From Octopus sinensis (lineage: Eukaryota): DNA of 64,000 nt. Below the pieces are notes generated by a model, which saw only the letters and a list, made by a program, of their open reading frames with translations, was not told where the DNA came from and did not search any database. Positions within the stretch are counted from its first letter, which is position 1, and the number at the start of each line of letters is the position of its first letter. Both the position numbers and the translations under genes were made by a program. Shown here one piece after another: positions 49,389-62,531 of the stretch. Where the stretch lies: assembly GCF_006345805.1 (NCBI RefSeq), contig NC_042997.1, positions 50,406,001 to 50,470,000 of the forward strand. Reading direction: 5' to 3'.

Positions 49389-51689
49389 ACATCATTCTGA
49401 AAGTCTTCAGACAGACAAACAGCCAAACTGTTTATATACTCAACGAATGCAGCAGTTACACTATAAAGGTGTCCCTAATTTGCATACCGAAAGTGCTTAA
49501 CACTCTATGAATACCAGCGGCCTGTCAACAGGGATCTTAGTCCACACACACACATATATTTATTTATTTATGCGTGTCATTGTAGCTGTATCTCCCTTCA
49601 CTGCTAGAGAACCGTTGTTTGTATGTTTACGTTCCCGTAAGCTAGCGGTTTGGTAAAAGAGAACAATAGCTTAAGAAAATAAATACTAGGATCGATTCGT
49701 TCGACTCAAATTCTTCATGGCCCCAGCATGGCCGCAGTCTAATGGCTGAAACAAGTAAAAGACAAAAGATGAAGAGAGACATCTAGAAATTAGAGAGTAT
49801 TTTTAACATTTCTACACGTTTTTAAGTACCAGGCGTATTGAAGTTACAAATGGTATTACGAACAGATGTGAATGAATTTTAGTTAAAGTTAGAAGCTGAA
49901 TAGGAGATTTTAATAGTGACTTTATTTAAAGTTTTGTAGTATTTTCACTGTAGGTGGACCTTTTAAAAATAATTTTTAAAACGTATACGCCATTCGAGTA
50001 TCTATAAGGATATTAAACAGGGGAGTGAACCAAATAACATCGTTTCCCCAACGCCCTTTCAAAATGTATTTCTATTAAAATTAGTGATATTGTGCCTAGT
50101 GGAAAAGTTATTTTATTTTGTTTTTGTTTTTTTTATCTTTGAAATCGTGTTTAACTAAAACTTCATTGCAATACTGAGATGTATTTTCAAAGATTTTGGA
50201 ACGCTTAAAGCAGTTTTTTTCTGTTTGGAACTTGTATACTTTTAATCAAGATATTCATTTCCTAATTGATCATAGTCCTTATCGAGGAAAAATGAATTTG
50301 ACAAAAAGCAGAGAAACCAAAAGTATTAAACGAGCGCAATAATAACAAATACTAATTATTTAATTAAAATCAACAATATCAAAATAACCAAAAATACATA
50401 ATATAAAAAGTTGTTTCTTATAATCAATCTAGATATATCCATTCTTATAAACTTTATTTCTATCATTCATATTTTCATTATTCTTATATATAAACATCTA
50501 TGTAAAGAAACCATATTCATTATTAAAGAAAGACTATAATTCCAACGAATATATACAAACCTCGAGAAAAAATTGAAGTACAGAGGTAAAACGTACTGTT
50601 ATTATAAAAGTACTCAAAAATCATAATTGCTGAATAAAAAAAACCTTTATTATCAATAAAACTATAAGAATACAAAGTATCTTTGTTCCACCAAACGTTG
50701 GTGTTGGAAAATTAATGAATAATGTATATTAATATCACCAATTTCAAAACATCAGCAGGTGCCGCGAAGAATATTGAGGACGAGGTGTCATTTGATGTCT
50801 ATGAGGTCAGAAAAAAAAAAACATGAAAATATCAGAAAATAGAGACAAAAAAATTACCATAGTTAAAAAAAAAAATCTTCGATGAAATATTAGATAGTAT
50901 GTAGGCAGAACCAATATTTACTTACATGTGTGTTTGGAAACAATATTTAGAAAAATTCCACTATCAGAGTTTAGGCAGCAAGAAAAAAATTCCAATTTTT
51001 AAATATAATGTTTAGCAAAGGAAGAGTTTGGGTCAACGCTTAATGAATGCTTCAAGGTTACTAATAGAGCGCAAAACAACGTATACAATGGTAAGCATTA
51101 AAGAAATATAAGATAATGAATAAATAATATTTAAATAAATAGCCATCTGTGTATCATATTTAATGCAAATACATCGCGTAAAGGCAAATCTGCTGTGGTA
51201 TTCGTCCAGAGATAATATCCCTTATGGACGTACTGTGCTTAAAAATACAACTATATCGGTGGCAGCCAAAAACCGTCTTACAGCAGCGGCGTGAACGCTT
51301 GATGTGCATTTCTGCTTTGTTACGCTTAGTCAGTAGCATGTACGCACAGCCTATTATATGCTAAGATAAAATTTGCCGCTATTTTCATAGGAAAACAGTG
51401 ACTGGAAAATCATTTGTGTTTCATTTAGCCGCTCATCTAATCCCCTTAATTACGTTTTGTAGATTACTAACTTTTCCCCACACACCCTATTTCCGTCGCC
51501 TGCTTATGCACAAGTAGCAAATCTCTCAGTTTGGATGCTCTTCTCTTCATGTTTTATGACTTCACATTAGATTTGTTTGGCGATCGCTTCGCAAATATCT
51601 GCTGCAAATGGCTACAGAAAAGGAAAATTTCTCGTCCTATGAAAAATGACCCAAATAAGCGAGATCAAGTGATTATTTTCGGCTCATAA

Positions 51690-52560
51690 CTCTGTCAAGC
51701 ACAGATTTCGAGATCCTGGCAAATGTGTTAGTCAAGCGGTTAGCGTGTCACCAATGACGCCTACATGCACCATCCCGAACAGATCTGTGCACAGCAAACT
51801 CTTCCTCATGCGATACATCATAAAAAGGGTGGGTAAAAACTTGACATGAATGAGGCTCTGATAAACTTAGCTCAATCGAAGGCCTTCCATAGGGTCGGTC
51901 ATCAATTTCTGATGGCTGTCCTCACAATATCCGATTTCGAACGTCTGAGTAAATAGTTACCTATCAGAACCTTTCAGTAACATGCACTCGGTTCATCTCT
52001 TCTGCATGTACTGACTCTGGAGCCACTACTGCGGAAACTAGAGACTTTGGTGGATAACCCGTACAAAATAGAATACGAAAAATTTGTGTCGGAAAATTAG
52101 TGTCGAACACTAACGACATCGAAGTGATCAGAAGCGTTGTAAGAGAATACAAGATGGTGACAAACCAGGTTAAATCCGGTAGGCATGCTGGACGGACGGA
52201 CAAGTTAAATTGCTCGGGATCTTCTTTGGCTCAGATTTTCAGGTGGAGAAGAACTGAGATGAGATGACGAGCAAGGTCGCCAATCTCAACCGGAGAGGAG
52301 CAGGAATTAATTCCTGAAGGTCTGGACATGGGGGAGAAAGGAGAAAACGGCTACATTGCTTCCATTGCTTATTACCGCCTAATCGTCATGTCTTGCTTAC
52401 TTCAAGGTTGGCCAGAGCGGAACGCTGGCTCATCCGCTAGTTATGGAGGGGTCGTGTCCCGTTGGTCGGAAGGTTCATTTGCTATCGGCATCTGCTAACG
52501 TAAAGGACAGGGCATACCAAGACTAAGAATGTGCAGACATGCGCTGATACTGCGAAAACT
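51690..52560 (+). mobile_element. Degraded L1/Tx1-clade RT fragment
   Basis: TDFEILANVLVKRLA; LMRYII..LINLAQSKAFHRVGHQFL; WTDGQVKLLGIFFGSDFQVEKN; LWRGRVPLVGRFIC, homologous to 44519..45217. Confidence 0.75.
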
Positions 52561-52748
52561 CTTGCATTTCCTTGGCAGTGAACAGGTGTTTAGCAAGTAA
52601 TAATCTGCATGTACACACATATAGACATGCTAACAGATGCATACGTACACACGCATAAGTCAAAACCTACAGATCTACACGTATAAAGATATTCATGCAT
52701 GCATGCATAAATGCACATGTGTGTTGTTACATGCATGATTCTCTAGAT

Positions 52749-53042
52749 CAGTGGTTCTCAACTATTTTTTACCTATGAACCCTTTTGATTAACTATTCTA
52801 TTCTGGTGAACCCCTGTAGGAATTCGATGATTGTCCCACACGTTCACTCGTATCAGATGAACGACACAAAACATCAGAGAAAGAAACCTCGCTATTTCTT
52901 GCAGTAGATACATCTAATGCAACATTTTTTCATCGACTCATAAAACACTACTGTCGACCCAGTTGACTATTTTGCCTGTATGGATTCCCTAAGTCTGGTA
53001 AGGACCACTGGAGGTCAAATGGACCCTGGTTAAGAACCACTG
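52749..53042. mobile_element. hAT (Charlie-type) MITE, 294 bp
   Basis: TIR cagtggttctcaac / gttaagaaccactg; 8-bp TSD ctctagat / gtctagat (nTCTAGAn). Confidence 0.85.
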
Positions 53043-53179
53043 GTCTAGATTGTGGTTTGAATTAGTGAATGATCCATAAGTTGGGGGATTAGAAACCAGC
53101 TCATTCTCTGTTGGCGATAAGTTTGGAAATTAATGCCAGATGATATGTACATACTGCATAAGCGTATTTCTTCTATTTT

Positions 53180-53435
53180 TTCTTTTTACTTCTTTCGGTC
53201 ATTGGACTACGGCCATGCTGGGGCACCGCCTTGAAGGTTTTAGTCGGACAAATCGACTCCTATGCTTCTTTTCGCTTTCTTTTTTTTTAAGCCTGGTTCT
53301 TACTCTATCGATGACTTTTGCAAAACCATGAAGTAACGGGAATGTCAGCAGATGAACACCGGTTGTCAAGTGATGGTGGGGGGACAAATACAAACACAAA
53401 GATACACACACACATACATACATACATACATACAC

Positions 53436-53483
<48 letters not shown>

Positions 53484-53501
53484 TATATATATATATATAT
53501 A

Positions 53502-53595
<94 letters not shown>

Positions 53596-53735
53596 CACAC
53601 AAATATATATTATATATTACAAAGGCCCTCGCGAGGTTTTGGGTTGGCTTGAGACTGTAGCAGCCAACATTTGCCATGCAAAGGGTTTGAACCTGAAACA
53701 ATGTAATTGGTACGCTAACTTCTTACCACACAGCC
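53180..53735 (-). mobile_element. Degenerate CORE-type SINE with expanded internal (CA)/(TA) tract
   Basis: 3' part ggccatgctggggcaccgcc; head cttaccacacagccac. Confidence 0.6.
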
Positions 53736-53920
53736 ACTTTCACAATGACACGCGCGCGCGCGTGTGTGTTGTGTGAGAGAGAGATACAAACACACAGGCA
53801 GACAGACAGATGGACAAACATATATTTACACATATGTGTGTGCGTGTGTGTGTATATATATATATAAATTTATCAGGTGTCCAGCATGGGAATAAAAAAC
53901 CCCTCAAAGGTAATAATTAT

Positions 53921-54148
53921 TATAAAAATTATAATTTAGGGTATCTAAGAGATACCACCACGCTGGAAATAGCAGCCAAAATTTAACTCCAAAGCCACAT
54001 TTAATGTACAGAACGAGGAGTGAAGACAAGGAGACAAAATAAACTAGCAAAAAGAATTACTGGATAATTCCAGATCCCGGATTTCTAGCTCTGCATAAGA
54101 AATGCTCTGCCTTCATCAGTGGAATATACTCAGATAGCACATAAATAC

Positions 54149-54193
<45 letters not shown>

Positions 54194-54400
54194 ACATACG
54201 AAAACTTACATATACGAACGTATACATACATATATATGCACGTATGCACACGACCAGTTAAAAGTTTTTGGTAGTTTATTTTGCTTCTTTGTCTTCTCTC
54301 CTGGTGCTGTATGAACATCAAATGTGGTTTTAGAGTCAAGTTTTTGCTGCTATTTCCAGCGTGGTGGTGTCTCTTAGATACCCTAAATTATAATTTTATA
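53921..54400 (-). mobile_element. Penelope-like pseudo-LTR with ~130-bp inverted arms (53921-54048 / 54270-54400) enclosing a hammerhead
   Basis: Arms share ataatttagggtatctaagaga.accaccacgctggaaatagcagc..aaaataaacta in opposite orientation. Confidence 0.7.
54067..54125 (-). ncRNA. Type I hammerhead ribozyme-like motif (family shared with 21138-21196)
   Basis: Minus strand: attcca-CUGAUGA-a-ggc..gcu-a-GAAA-uc-cgg-ga-UC^tggaat. Confidence 0.72.
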
Positions 54401-54403
54401 TAC

Positions 54404-54444
<41 letters not shown>

Positions 54445-54469
54445 TGTGTGCGTGTGTGTATGTCTGTGT

Positions 54470-54769
54470 GTGGAGGCACATGGCCTAGTGATTAGAGCAG
54501 CGGATTTGCGGTCGAGGTATCCCGGGTTCGAATCTCAGACCGGGCGATGTGTGTGTTTATGAGCGAAACACCTAACCTCCACGCGGCTCCGGCAGAAGGT
54601 AATGGCAAAATTCAGCTGACTCTTTCACTACAACTTTCTCTCACTCTTCCCCCCTGCATCGATTAGCTCACCTGCGACGGACCGGCGTCCTGTCCAGGTG
54701 GAGAACTTATACGCCAAGGAAACCGGGAAACCGGCCCTTATGAGCCGGGCGTGGCTCGAGAAAGAACAG

Positions 54770-54773
<4 letters not shown>
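54470..54773 (+). mobile_element. tRNA-derived SINE with a distinct 3' tail
   Basis: A box tggcctagtgattagagc, B box gggttcgaatctc; tail ccggcccttatgagccgggcgtggctcgagaaagaac. Confidence 0.8.
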
Positions 54774-54807
<34 letters not shown>

Positions 54808-55104
54808 TATATGTGTATGTAAATATATGCGTGTATATATATAGTGTGTGGTATGTACTTGTCCACCCTAATCCGACCCACTTGATGCGTGTTACTTTGT
54901 TTACGTACCCATAACCTAGCCGTTCGGCAAAAGGAGCTGACAAAATAAGCGCCTGACTTCGAGATATATACTAAGGTTGATTTGTACGGCTAAGCCCTTC
55001 AAGAGAGTACTAGAGTACCCCCTTGAGGCTTTAGTGTAAGCACTGAAACAAGTACAAGAGTAAGGGAGCAGATCAATCCGAACATAGGCAAACATACAAA
55101 GGTA

Positions 55105-55153
<49 letters not shown>

Positions 55154-55460
55154 GTCAGACAGACACACAGATAAACAGAAAGACAGAAAGTAACATACTG
55201 TTGAGGCACGTGACATAGATATGCATCGATACAACACGCACATACACACACATGTATACACATGCTAAACTTTTCACTCTCGACGTCTATGTTCATATTC
55301 AGACAACTCATGTACACACACACACGCACCCACCTATCCACCCACACACACATACACACACACTCGGCTAAATGCGTTTCTCTCAATATATGTAGGCGGA
55401 CATATTAACAGCTGTTGTGAAAAAAAATAAACTGCCTTTTCATCCACCACCTTTCTCTCT

Positions 55461-55463
<3 letters not shown>

Positions 55464-55505
<42 letters not shown>

Positions 55506-55670
55506 ATATATATATGTATATATATATATATGTATGTATGTATATGTTTATATATGTTTGTATATATACATGTATATATACTTATATATATATACATATA
55601 TATATACACATATATATATACATATATATATATACATATATATATATGTATATACATTATATATAGACAC

Positions 55671-55733
<63 letters not shown>

Positions 55734-55750
55734 ATATATATATGTATACG

Positions 55751-55799
<49 letters not shown>

Positions 55800-55860
55800 G
55801 TATTAATATAGATGGCTGTATGTGTGTATATACACGCTTGTGCATAAATATAAATATATA
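55464..55860. repeat. Long degenerate (TA)n-based microsatellite field
   Basis: Direct sequence. Confidence 0.95.
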
Positions 55861-56092
55861 AATATACATACATGTGTGTGTGTATACAGATAAATATTAT
55901 ATACTAAATATCATATATCATATATATATACACACACACGTGCATACACGTGTGTGTGTGTGTGTGTGTGTGTGCGTGTGCGTGTGCGTTTGTATGAGGG
56001 CGTATGTAGGTGCAGAAGTATGTGTAAGCGTGGTTTTGTTTTGCATGCATATCTTCTCGTATATTCTACACATTCATCTTTGTAAATGTACA

Positions 56093-56125
<33 letters not shown>

Positions 56126-56154
56126 ATACTCACACACACATTCATATCACTTGT

Positions 56155-56206
<52 letters not shown>

Positions 56207-57448
56207 GAGACAGAGAGACAGAGAGAGAGAGAGACGGACAGACAGAGGCAAAGATGGAGTATGTATTTGTGTATGTAGAATGAACGTATCTAACGTATCT
56301 GTGTACGCACATATAAACATAGGCGTGTAAAATGGACATACGACGCACTTTTGTACGCATAGATATACTCTGAATGAATATATTAAACTGAAACAAAATA
56401 AAAGAGAAAGAAAAAATTATCACAAATAACATCAAAAGTAGAAAACTGGTCTTTGAAGTGAACTCTGCCCTATCAGCACGGTTTTCAAATAAAAAAATGA
56501 TCGTCAAAATAATTTGCATTTCCATTGAGTAACCTTCAGCCAACGAACAAACTAACAGCTGTTATGTTACGTTTCCATCTTACTCTCTTACTGACAATTG
56601 ATTTAAAAACTAGCTACGCCACGACCGTAGCACTCATGTATACGTGCACGGCGCACTATATTGTGTTTAACTCTTTAGAATTAATCACAGCGTTTCGTAA
56701 TTAATTGCACACACTACACCGTTTGCTGTATTTATTTGGTACATACGATAAAAGAAATAACTTCTGTTTGAAATGTGTGTTTGGTTTTATTATGCGACAA
56801 ATATTGTTTTGGTTTATTTTCGTCGTTGTTCTTGTTTTTAAGTATTCGTTATTTTAGAATCCATCGTCATCATCTAAATAATATCATTTTTTTTTTCGTT
56901 ATACATTATCATTACTGCATGTCTTTTGTTTTGTGTTTGATATAATCATTATTAGATGTTGTGATGGAAGTGGCAGAGTTCAGCTGATCAGGAGAATATA
57001 TCTGCTGCCAACAAACAAATCCAAACGATGTTTTGGGGGGATGCTGTAGTTAACGGTACGCAGGTAGTCGCCTAAGCTGAAATATCATCACAGACACAGA
57101 ATCTTGGACGACTACGGCGACGATAGTGAACAGGTGCGTGCCTTAAGTTGTGACACGTCATTCCGTGGCACGTTTCTTTCGCAGAGCAGCATTCCTGGCT
57201 CAAGGACAACCCGATGCTGGGAGTTAAGCACCAGATGTCCACTGCACTCTGCCAGTCTGGCAATGCAGTCTGTAGAAATTCAACACTGGCATTCCACAGT
57301 CGATAAGTGGAAGGCATGAGTAACGATGACCTGGGAGAGATTCTGAGTGTCAGCTAATGAATAGTCTGCGTAACGTTTTCTAGAAGACTTTCAAGTTGGG
57401 GATTATGGACAATTTCCAAATGTCCTTTATTCTAATAATTCTATAGAG

Positions 57449-57801
57449 CAGTAGTTTATATATATATATATTTTTTTTTCTATAGACCCCTTTGATTACT
57501 GTTTTATTCTGGTCGATCCCCATAACCGTTTGATGTTTAAAAACTAGTTTTATAGAAATTCCTTTCAAGATTCCTATTTTGTTTTTTGCTCACATTAACA
57601 TTTGTTGGTTGAACTAAGTAAAATGTTAGGGGAAGAAACCTAGTTGTTTCTTGTTAAACATACTCATACATCTGAAACAAAAGTTTTCAAGGGCCCTTAA
57701 ATTACTATTGTGCATCTCCAATGTACTATTTTGTTACGTGGACCCCCAAAAATCTCATATGGGACCCCAAGGGCGAAATGGATCCTGGTTGAGAACCACT
57801 G
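57449..57801. mobile_element. hAT MITE related to 52749-53042
   Basis: Ends cagtagtt / ggttgagaaccactg; 8-bp TSD ctatagag / ctataaag. Confidence 0.7.
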
Positions 57802-58001
57802 CTATAAAGGAAGGGTACTGACTTTACTTGTTCTAAATTTGCATCATAGATATGTTTATGTTGGAGATACTCGCAACTGAGGAAAGCGATGGAAATTCTG
57901 GCGGCTAATAAATTCTACAGAAGTGGGTGGAAGTGTCAAATTTCTCATGGTTAAATGGGATTCTTCTATCTATGTCACTGTACTTTAGTATAGTTTCTAT
58001 A

Positions 58002-58220
58002 TCTATTTCTTTACTACCCACAAGGGGCTAAACACAGGGGGGACAAACAAGGACAGACAAACGGATTAAGTTGATTATATCGACCCCAGTGCGTAACTGG
58101 TACTTATTTAATCGACCCCGAAAGGATGAAAGGCAAAGTCGACCTCGGCGGAATTTGAACTCAGAACGTAACGGCAGACGAAATACCACTGAGCATTTCG
58201 CCCGGCGTGCTAACGTTTCT
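58002..58220 (-). mobile_element. tRNA-derived SINE, head truncated
   Basis: Same family as 18336-18570. Confidence 0.85.
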
Positions 58221-58310
58221 ACCACCTCGACCAAAGTACAGCAGGTATAGGCAACACTTTTTGGGGAGTGGGCCAAATGAGACATGGCTTATCATCAGGC
58301 GGGCTGCACT

Positions 58311-58657
58311 GCTGAGACACCCTTCGGTCATGACTAACCGTGGAATTGCACCTAGAAAGTTACCCTCCCAGGCACAAGTCCGGGCAAGGTTGTTTATGGA
58401 AGACCAGCAGTCGCCCATGCATACCAACCTCCCCTGTCCACGCCACCAGTGTTATCCAAGGGAAAGGCAACGGCGGATACAGCTTGGCACCTGTGACGTC
58501 GCAACTCATTTATACAGCTGAGTGAACTGGAGCAACGTGAAATAAAGTGCTTTGCTCAAGAACACAACACGCAGCCCGGTCCGGGATTCGAATGCACAAT
58601 CTCGCAATCGTAAGATCGACACTCTAACCACTGAGCCATGCGCTCTAACCACTGAGC
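58311..58657 (-). mobile_element. tRNA-derived SINE with duplicated head and 18-bp TSD
   Basis: catcaggcggg(c)(t/c)gcact at 58293-58310 and 58658-58675; ctctaaccactgagccat occurs twice. Confidence 0.8.
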
Positions 58658-58923
58658 CATCAGGCGGGCCGCACTACTAAAAGAAATTTCAAAGTAATTT
58701 TTCTTTAGGTGTGCCATTCAGATAATCATATCGGTCACAATTTGTCCATGACTAATATAGAGAAAACACTTACCGTTGGTGTTACCCAGGATTGTGTAGA
58801 GAGTGTCCATGAATTTTTCTATACATGCTTCCACCTGCCCATTTTGGAGAATCCCCTTTTTTTGCTATATTGTTATTGGTTTTCTTATTATTATTTGCTG
58901 TCAATTTATTAATGTCTTTTGAA

Positions 58924-59460
58924 AGCGGCGAGCTGGCAGAGTGGTTAGCACGCCTGGTGAAATGCTTAGCAGTATTTCGTCTATCTTTACGTTCTGAGTT
59001 CAAACTCCGCCGAGGTCGACTTTGCCTTTCATCCTTTCGGAGTCGAGAAATTAAGTGCCAGTTGCGTACTGGGATCAATCTAATCGACTGGCCCCTTCGC
59101 CAAAAAGAATTTATTAATGTCTTTACTCATTAATGAACTCAACCTGTGAAACTCGAGGAAAATGTCCCATTGTTTTCTCTTTGATGTTTACATTTGTAGC
59201 TTACCTTCAGGTCTTACCCGATAAAGTAATTTAGGCGGCGAGCTGGCTGAATCGTTAGCATGCCGGGTAAAATGCTTCGGTAGTACGCTGGCTGTTGCAG
59301 GCGCCGCCCCTTACGTTCTGAGTTCAAATTCCGTCGATGTCGACTTCGCTTTTCATCTTTACGGGGTCGATAAATTAAGTACTAGTAAAACACTGGGGTC
59401 GATGTAATCGACTCATTCCTTCTTCCAAAATGGCTGCCCTTGTGGCAAAATTTGAAACCA
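58924..59460 (+). mobile_element. Two adjacent tRNA-SINE copies (58924-59110, 59233-59460); two more degenerate copies lie at about 61500-61830
   Basis: gcggcgagctggc.ga.t.gttagca heads and gtcgactt.gc.tttcatc cores. Confidence 0.75.
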
Positions 59461-60189
59461 TTATTATTATTATTATTATTACTATTATTATTATTATTAT
59501 AGAGTTTCTTTCGGTATTCCAGCTTTTTACGGTCTGAATTCAAATCCTCCTGAAGCTGACTTTGTTATTCTTGTTTCCGCTGTCGTTGAAATAAAGTATC
59601 GGTCAAGCACTGGAATCGAAGTATCCGACCAACACCCCTCCCTTCAAAATGCTAGCCTTAGCCTAAACTGAGAACAATGATCATTGCTGATGATATAGCA
59701 TGGCTCCGGGGAAGAATCGGATTTACCATATTCGATTAGGAGACATTTTATTTATTTCATTTTGAGGCGGTAAAAAAACATTGCGCCTGGACGTTTTTTA
59801 GTATTTCATATTTTCGAAAACTTAGTTTATTAGTATTTTGATATGGCTTCCTTTCGTGAAGCAGGGAGCGGTGCTAACCACAAACCACATAACGGCAAAT
59901 ATGTCCACAAAATTAAATTCGAAAACAGTTTGACATTTTTTAGAGAAAAAAATAAAAAGAAATGATAAAAAGAAAAGAATAAGTGAAGATGGTGAAGACG
60001 TCAATTTTCAAAACGAATGGAACGACAGAATTCCATTGTCTGCGAGAGTTGTGAGTCAGAAAGAAATATCGAGCATGAATTAGCCACTGGAAAAATTCAA
60101 TGTTGGAGAAATATGTCACAAAAGAGCTCTTCTTCCCCAAGAAAAGGGCAAGGAATACAGTGACATTGCTCTATTTCTCGAAAAACAAA

Positions 60190-60760
60190 GGATGACTTCT
60201 ATATATCCTCAAATGACCAATCAGAGAAAGCGTTGGTCAATGTGTGGTGTGATGTGTGTTCTGTTAACGGTGATTAGGCATATGGAAGTGTGTGCCTCGT
60301 TGTTAAGACTGACGATGGGGTGAGAAAACAAGTGGAGCTAGTGCGGCACACACACATACTCGCAATAGAAAGCCATTCGATCACTATCTGAAATATTGGT
60401 GCAATATTGACCCTTGGTTCTTCGTCGTCTCTGCAGAATAGTACAGCTAGGTTGTGAATGTCGATATATATATAGTCAGGCGAGATCCCAATGGACATAC
60501 AGGTTCTGATGATAAAACTAAGACCACTTTACCCTGAAGTTGTACCCTATGCATGGATAGTGGTACAGATTGGGTGGCGTCACAAGGGCATTACCCTTAG
60601 ATGTTCATGATTTTGGGGGAATAGGAACCATGACTGTACCGCTGTCAATGTATCACAGGTTACAACTCCGAGGACAGTTAAGGCGAAAGAAATCGCCTCG
60701 TCCTCAATACCAGAGACACAAAGGACGACGGAGAATTAGATCACCCGGAAGCTGTCCTCC
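60190..60760 (+). pseudogene. Highly degraded L1/Tx1 ORF1 remnant; may continue into an APE start at about 61100-61300
   Basis: SNDQSEKALVNVWCDVCSVNGD*AYGSVCLVVKTDDGVRKQ aligns with TKEQAGKCLQPIWQDVYLVRGNRFAKIEMLSTSEDKARQH of the 45.6-46.1 kb ORF1. Confidence 0.5.
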
Positions 60761-61845
60761 TCGAACAAAGCGCCAGTCAAGGGTCACGCTCATCATCACC
60801 ACACTATCATTTTACTACAAGGGGGTGGATGAACACTTAAGCGGTGTGTAAAACTATCGCATATAACTTCAAAGAAAAAGAGGAACAAAAATAGAATGTA
60901 CTATGCCTGATCGAAAACAAGAATAACGCCCAAAGAGGAAATGACACCCGACGAGGGCCTCGACTTGAAGGCGATCCGAAAGGGGAACAATGATCCAACC
61001 GATTTAGTTATAAAGCTGCACGAAGAATCAATTAGCTAATTAATGGCAAGATAAAGAACCGGTTCAAGGTTTCTGTAGATAACAGGCTTTATTTTTGATA
61101 AAGACCACTTTGGCAGTTTATCAACGTGTGTGGTACTCTTCCCAATGGATGTCAAGTGCTTCAAGGCTCAGCTGCGGTCAGAAGTGCTCATGGTCATTTT
61201 CCGTAGTACCAGTCTCTAGTACAAGGACTAAAAGGTCTCCTCTAAGTGAAGGTTCCTTTGAGTGTGGTAATTTATCTGTATTTGTTCAAATTCTAAATAT
61301 GCCTTAAAATTTGTGTTACACTTTTGCTCCACCATCGTATCTATGTACATAGATGCCAACAAACCAACACACAGATACACACTCAGACACAAACGTGCGC
61401 TCGCACCACGTTCTATAAACTCGTTGTAATATGTTTTGTTGGAGTTACTAGGACCTTGTGGCAAATATAGGGAAAGTATTATTATTCAAAATACTCCTAG
61501 ATTGACTTTGCCTTTCATCCTTTCGAAGTCGATAAAATTTAAGTATCAGTTAGGGACAGGAGTCGATGTAATGGACTTACCCTCTCCACCGAAATTGCTG
61601 GCCTTGTGTCAAAATTTTAAAACCGGCTGAATCGTTAGCACTCCGGTCGAAATGTTGCGCGGCATTTCGTCCGTCTTTACGTTCTGAGTTCAAATTCCGC
61701 CGTAGTCGACTTCGCCTTTCATCCTTTCGGGATCGATGAAAGTAATAAGTACCAGTTGAACACTTGGGTCGATGTAACCGGCGAGTCACCTCCCCCAAAA
61801 TTACAGGCCTCGTGCCTTTAGTAGAAAGGTTTGTTATTATTATTT

Positions 61846-61975
61846 TAGTAGTAGTAGTAGTAGTGGTGGTGGTGGTGGTGGTGGTGGTGGTGGTGGTGGT
61901 GGTGGTGGTGGTGGTGGTGGTGGTGGTGGTGGTGGTGGTGGTGGTGGTGGTGGTGGTGGTGGTGGTGGTGGTGGA
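61846..61975. repeat. (TAG)n followed by (TGG)n microsatellite
   Basis: Direct sequence. Confidence 0.95.
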
Positions 61976-62490
61976 TGCAGTGGTGGTAGCGGTGGTAGTC
62001 GTTACTGTTCTATTTAAAGCATTCTGTTTGTTTCCTCTCCATAATCTACCTGTGTGGATGGCCACGTAAAAAGAAACGGAAAGCGCATGTACGCGCGCGC
62101 GCATCGCATGCAGTCCACACAAGGCCATACGCTGATACATGTTGGTTCGTGTGTCTGTGTGTGTATGTGTGGGGGTGGGTGTGCGTGCGAGCGTATGTGT
62201 TTGTGTATGTGTTTGTGTTCGCCTCAACATAGAATCGTGTGTATGTATATATATATATATGTATATATATATATGGTTATATATATATATATATATATAT
62301 ATTAATCAGCCGAAATTACTACGATGATCCGTTCTTGACTGAAGACTGAGGGGTTCGAATGTCTGTCCATGTGTATTGTATCGTCTTCTAAGAGTTATAC
62401 GTTCTTGTCCATGTTGTATTTTTCTACATACTTAATATATATATATAGATATATATTATATATATATATTATATATAATATATATATATA

Positions 62491-62531
<41 letters not shown>

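Noticed and set aside
53199-56330. Many YI/CV/HT-repeat ORFs here and across the window
   Set aside because: Dinucleotide and tetranucleotide repeats lack stops by construction
62336-62372. CUGAAGA...GAAU motif
   Set aside because: GAAA is broken and no stems are found
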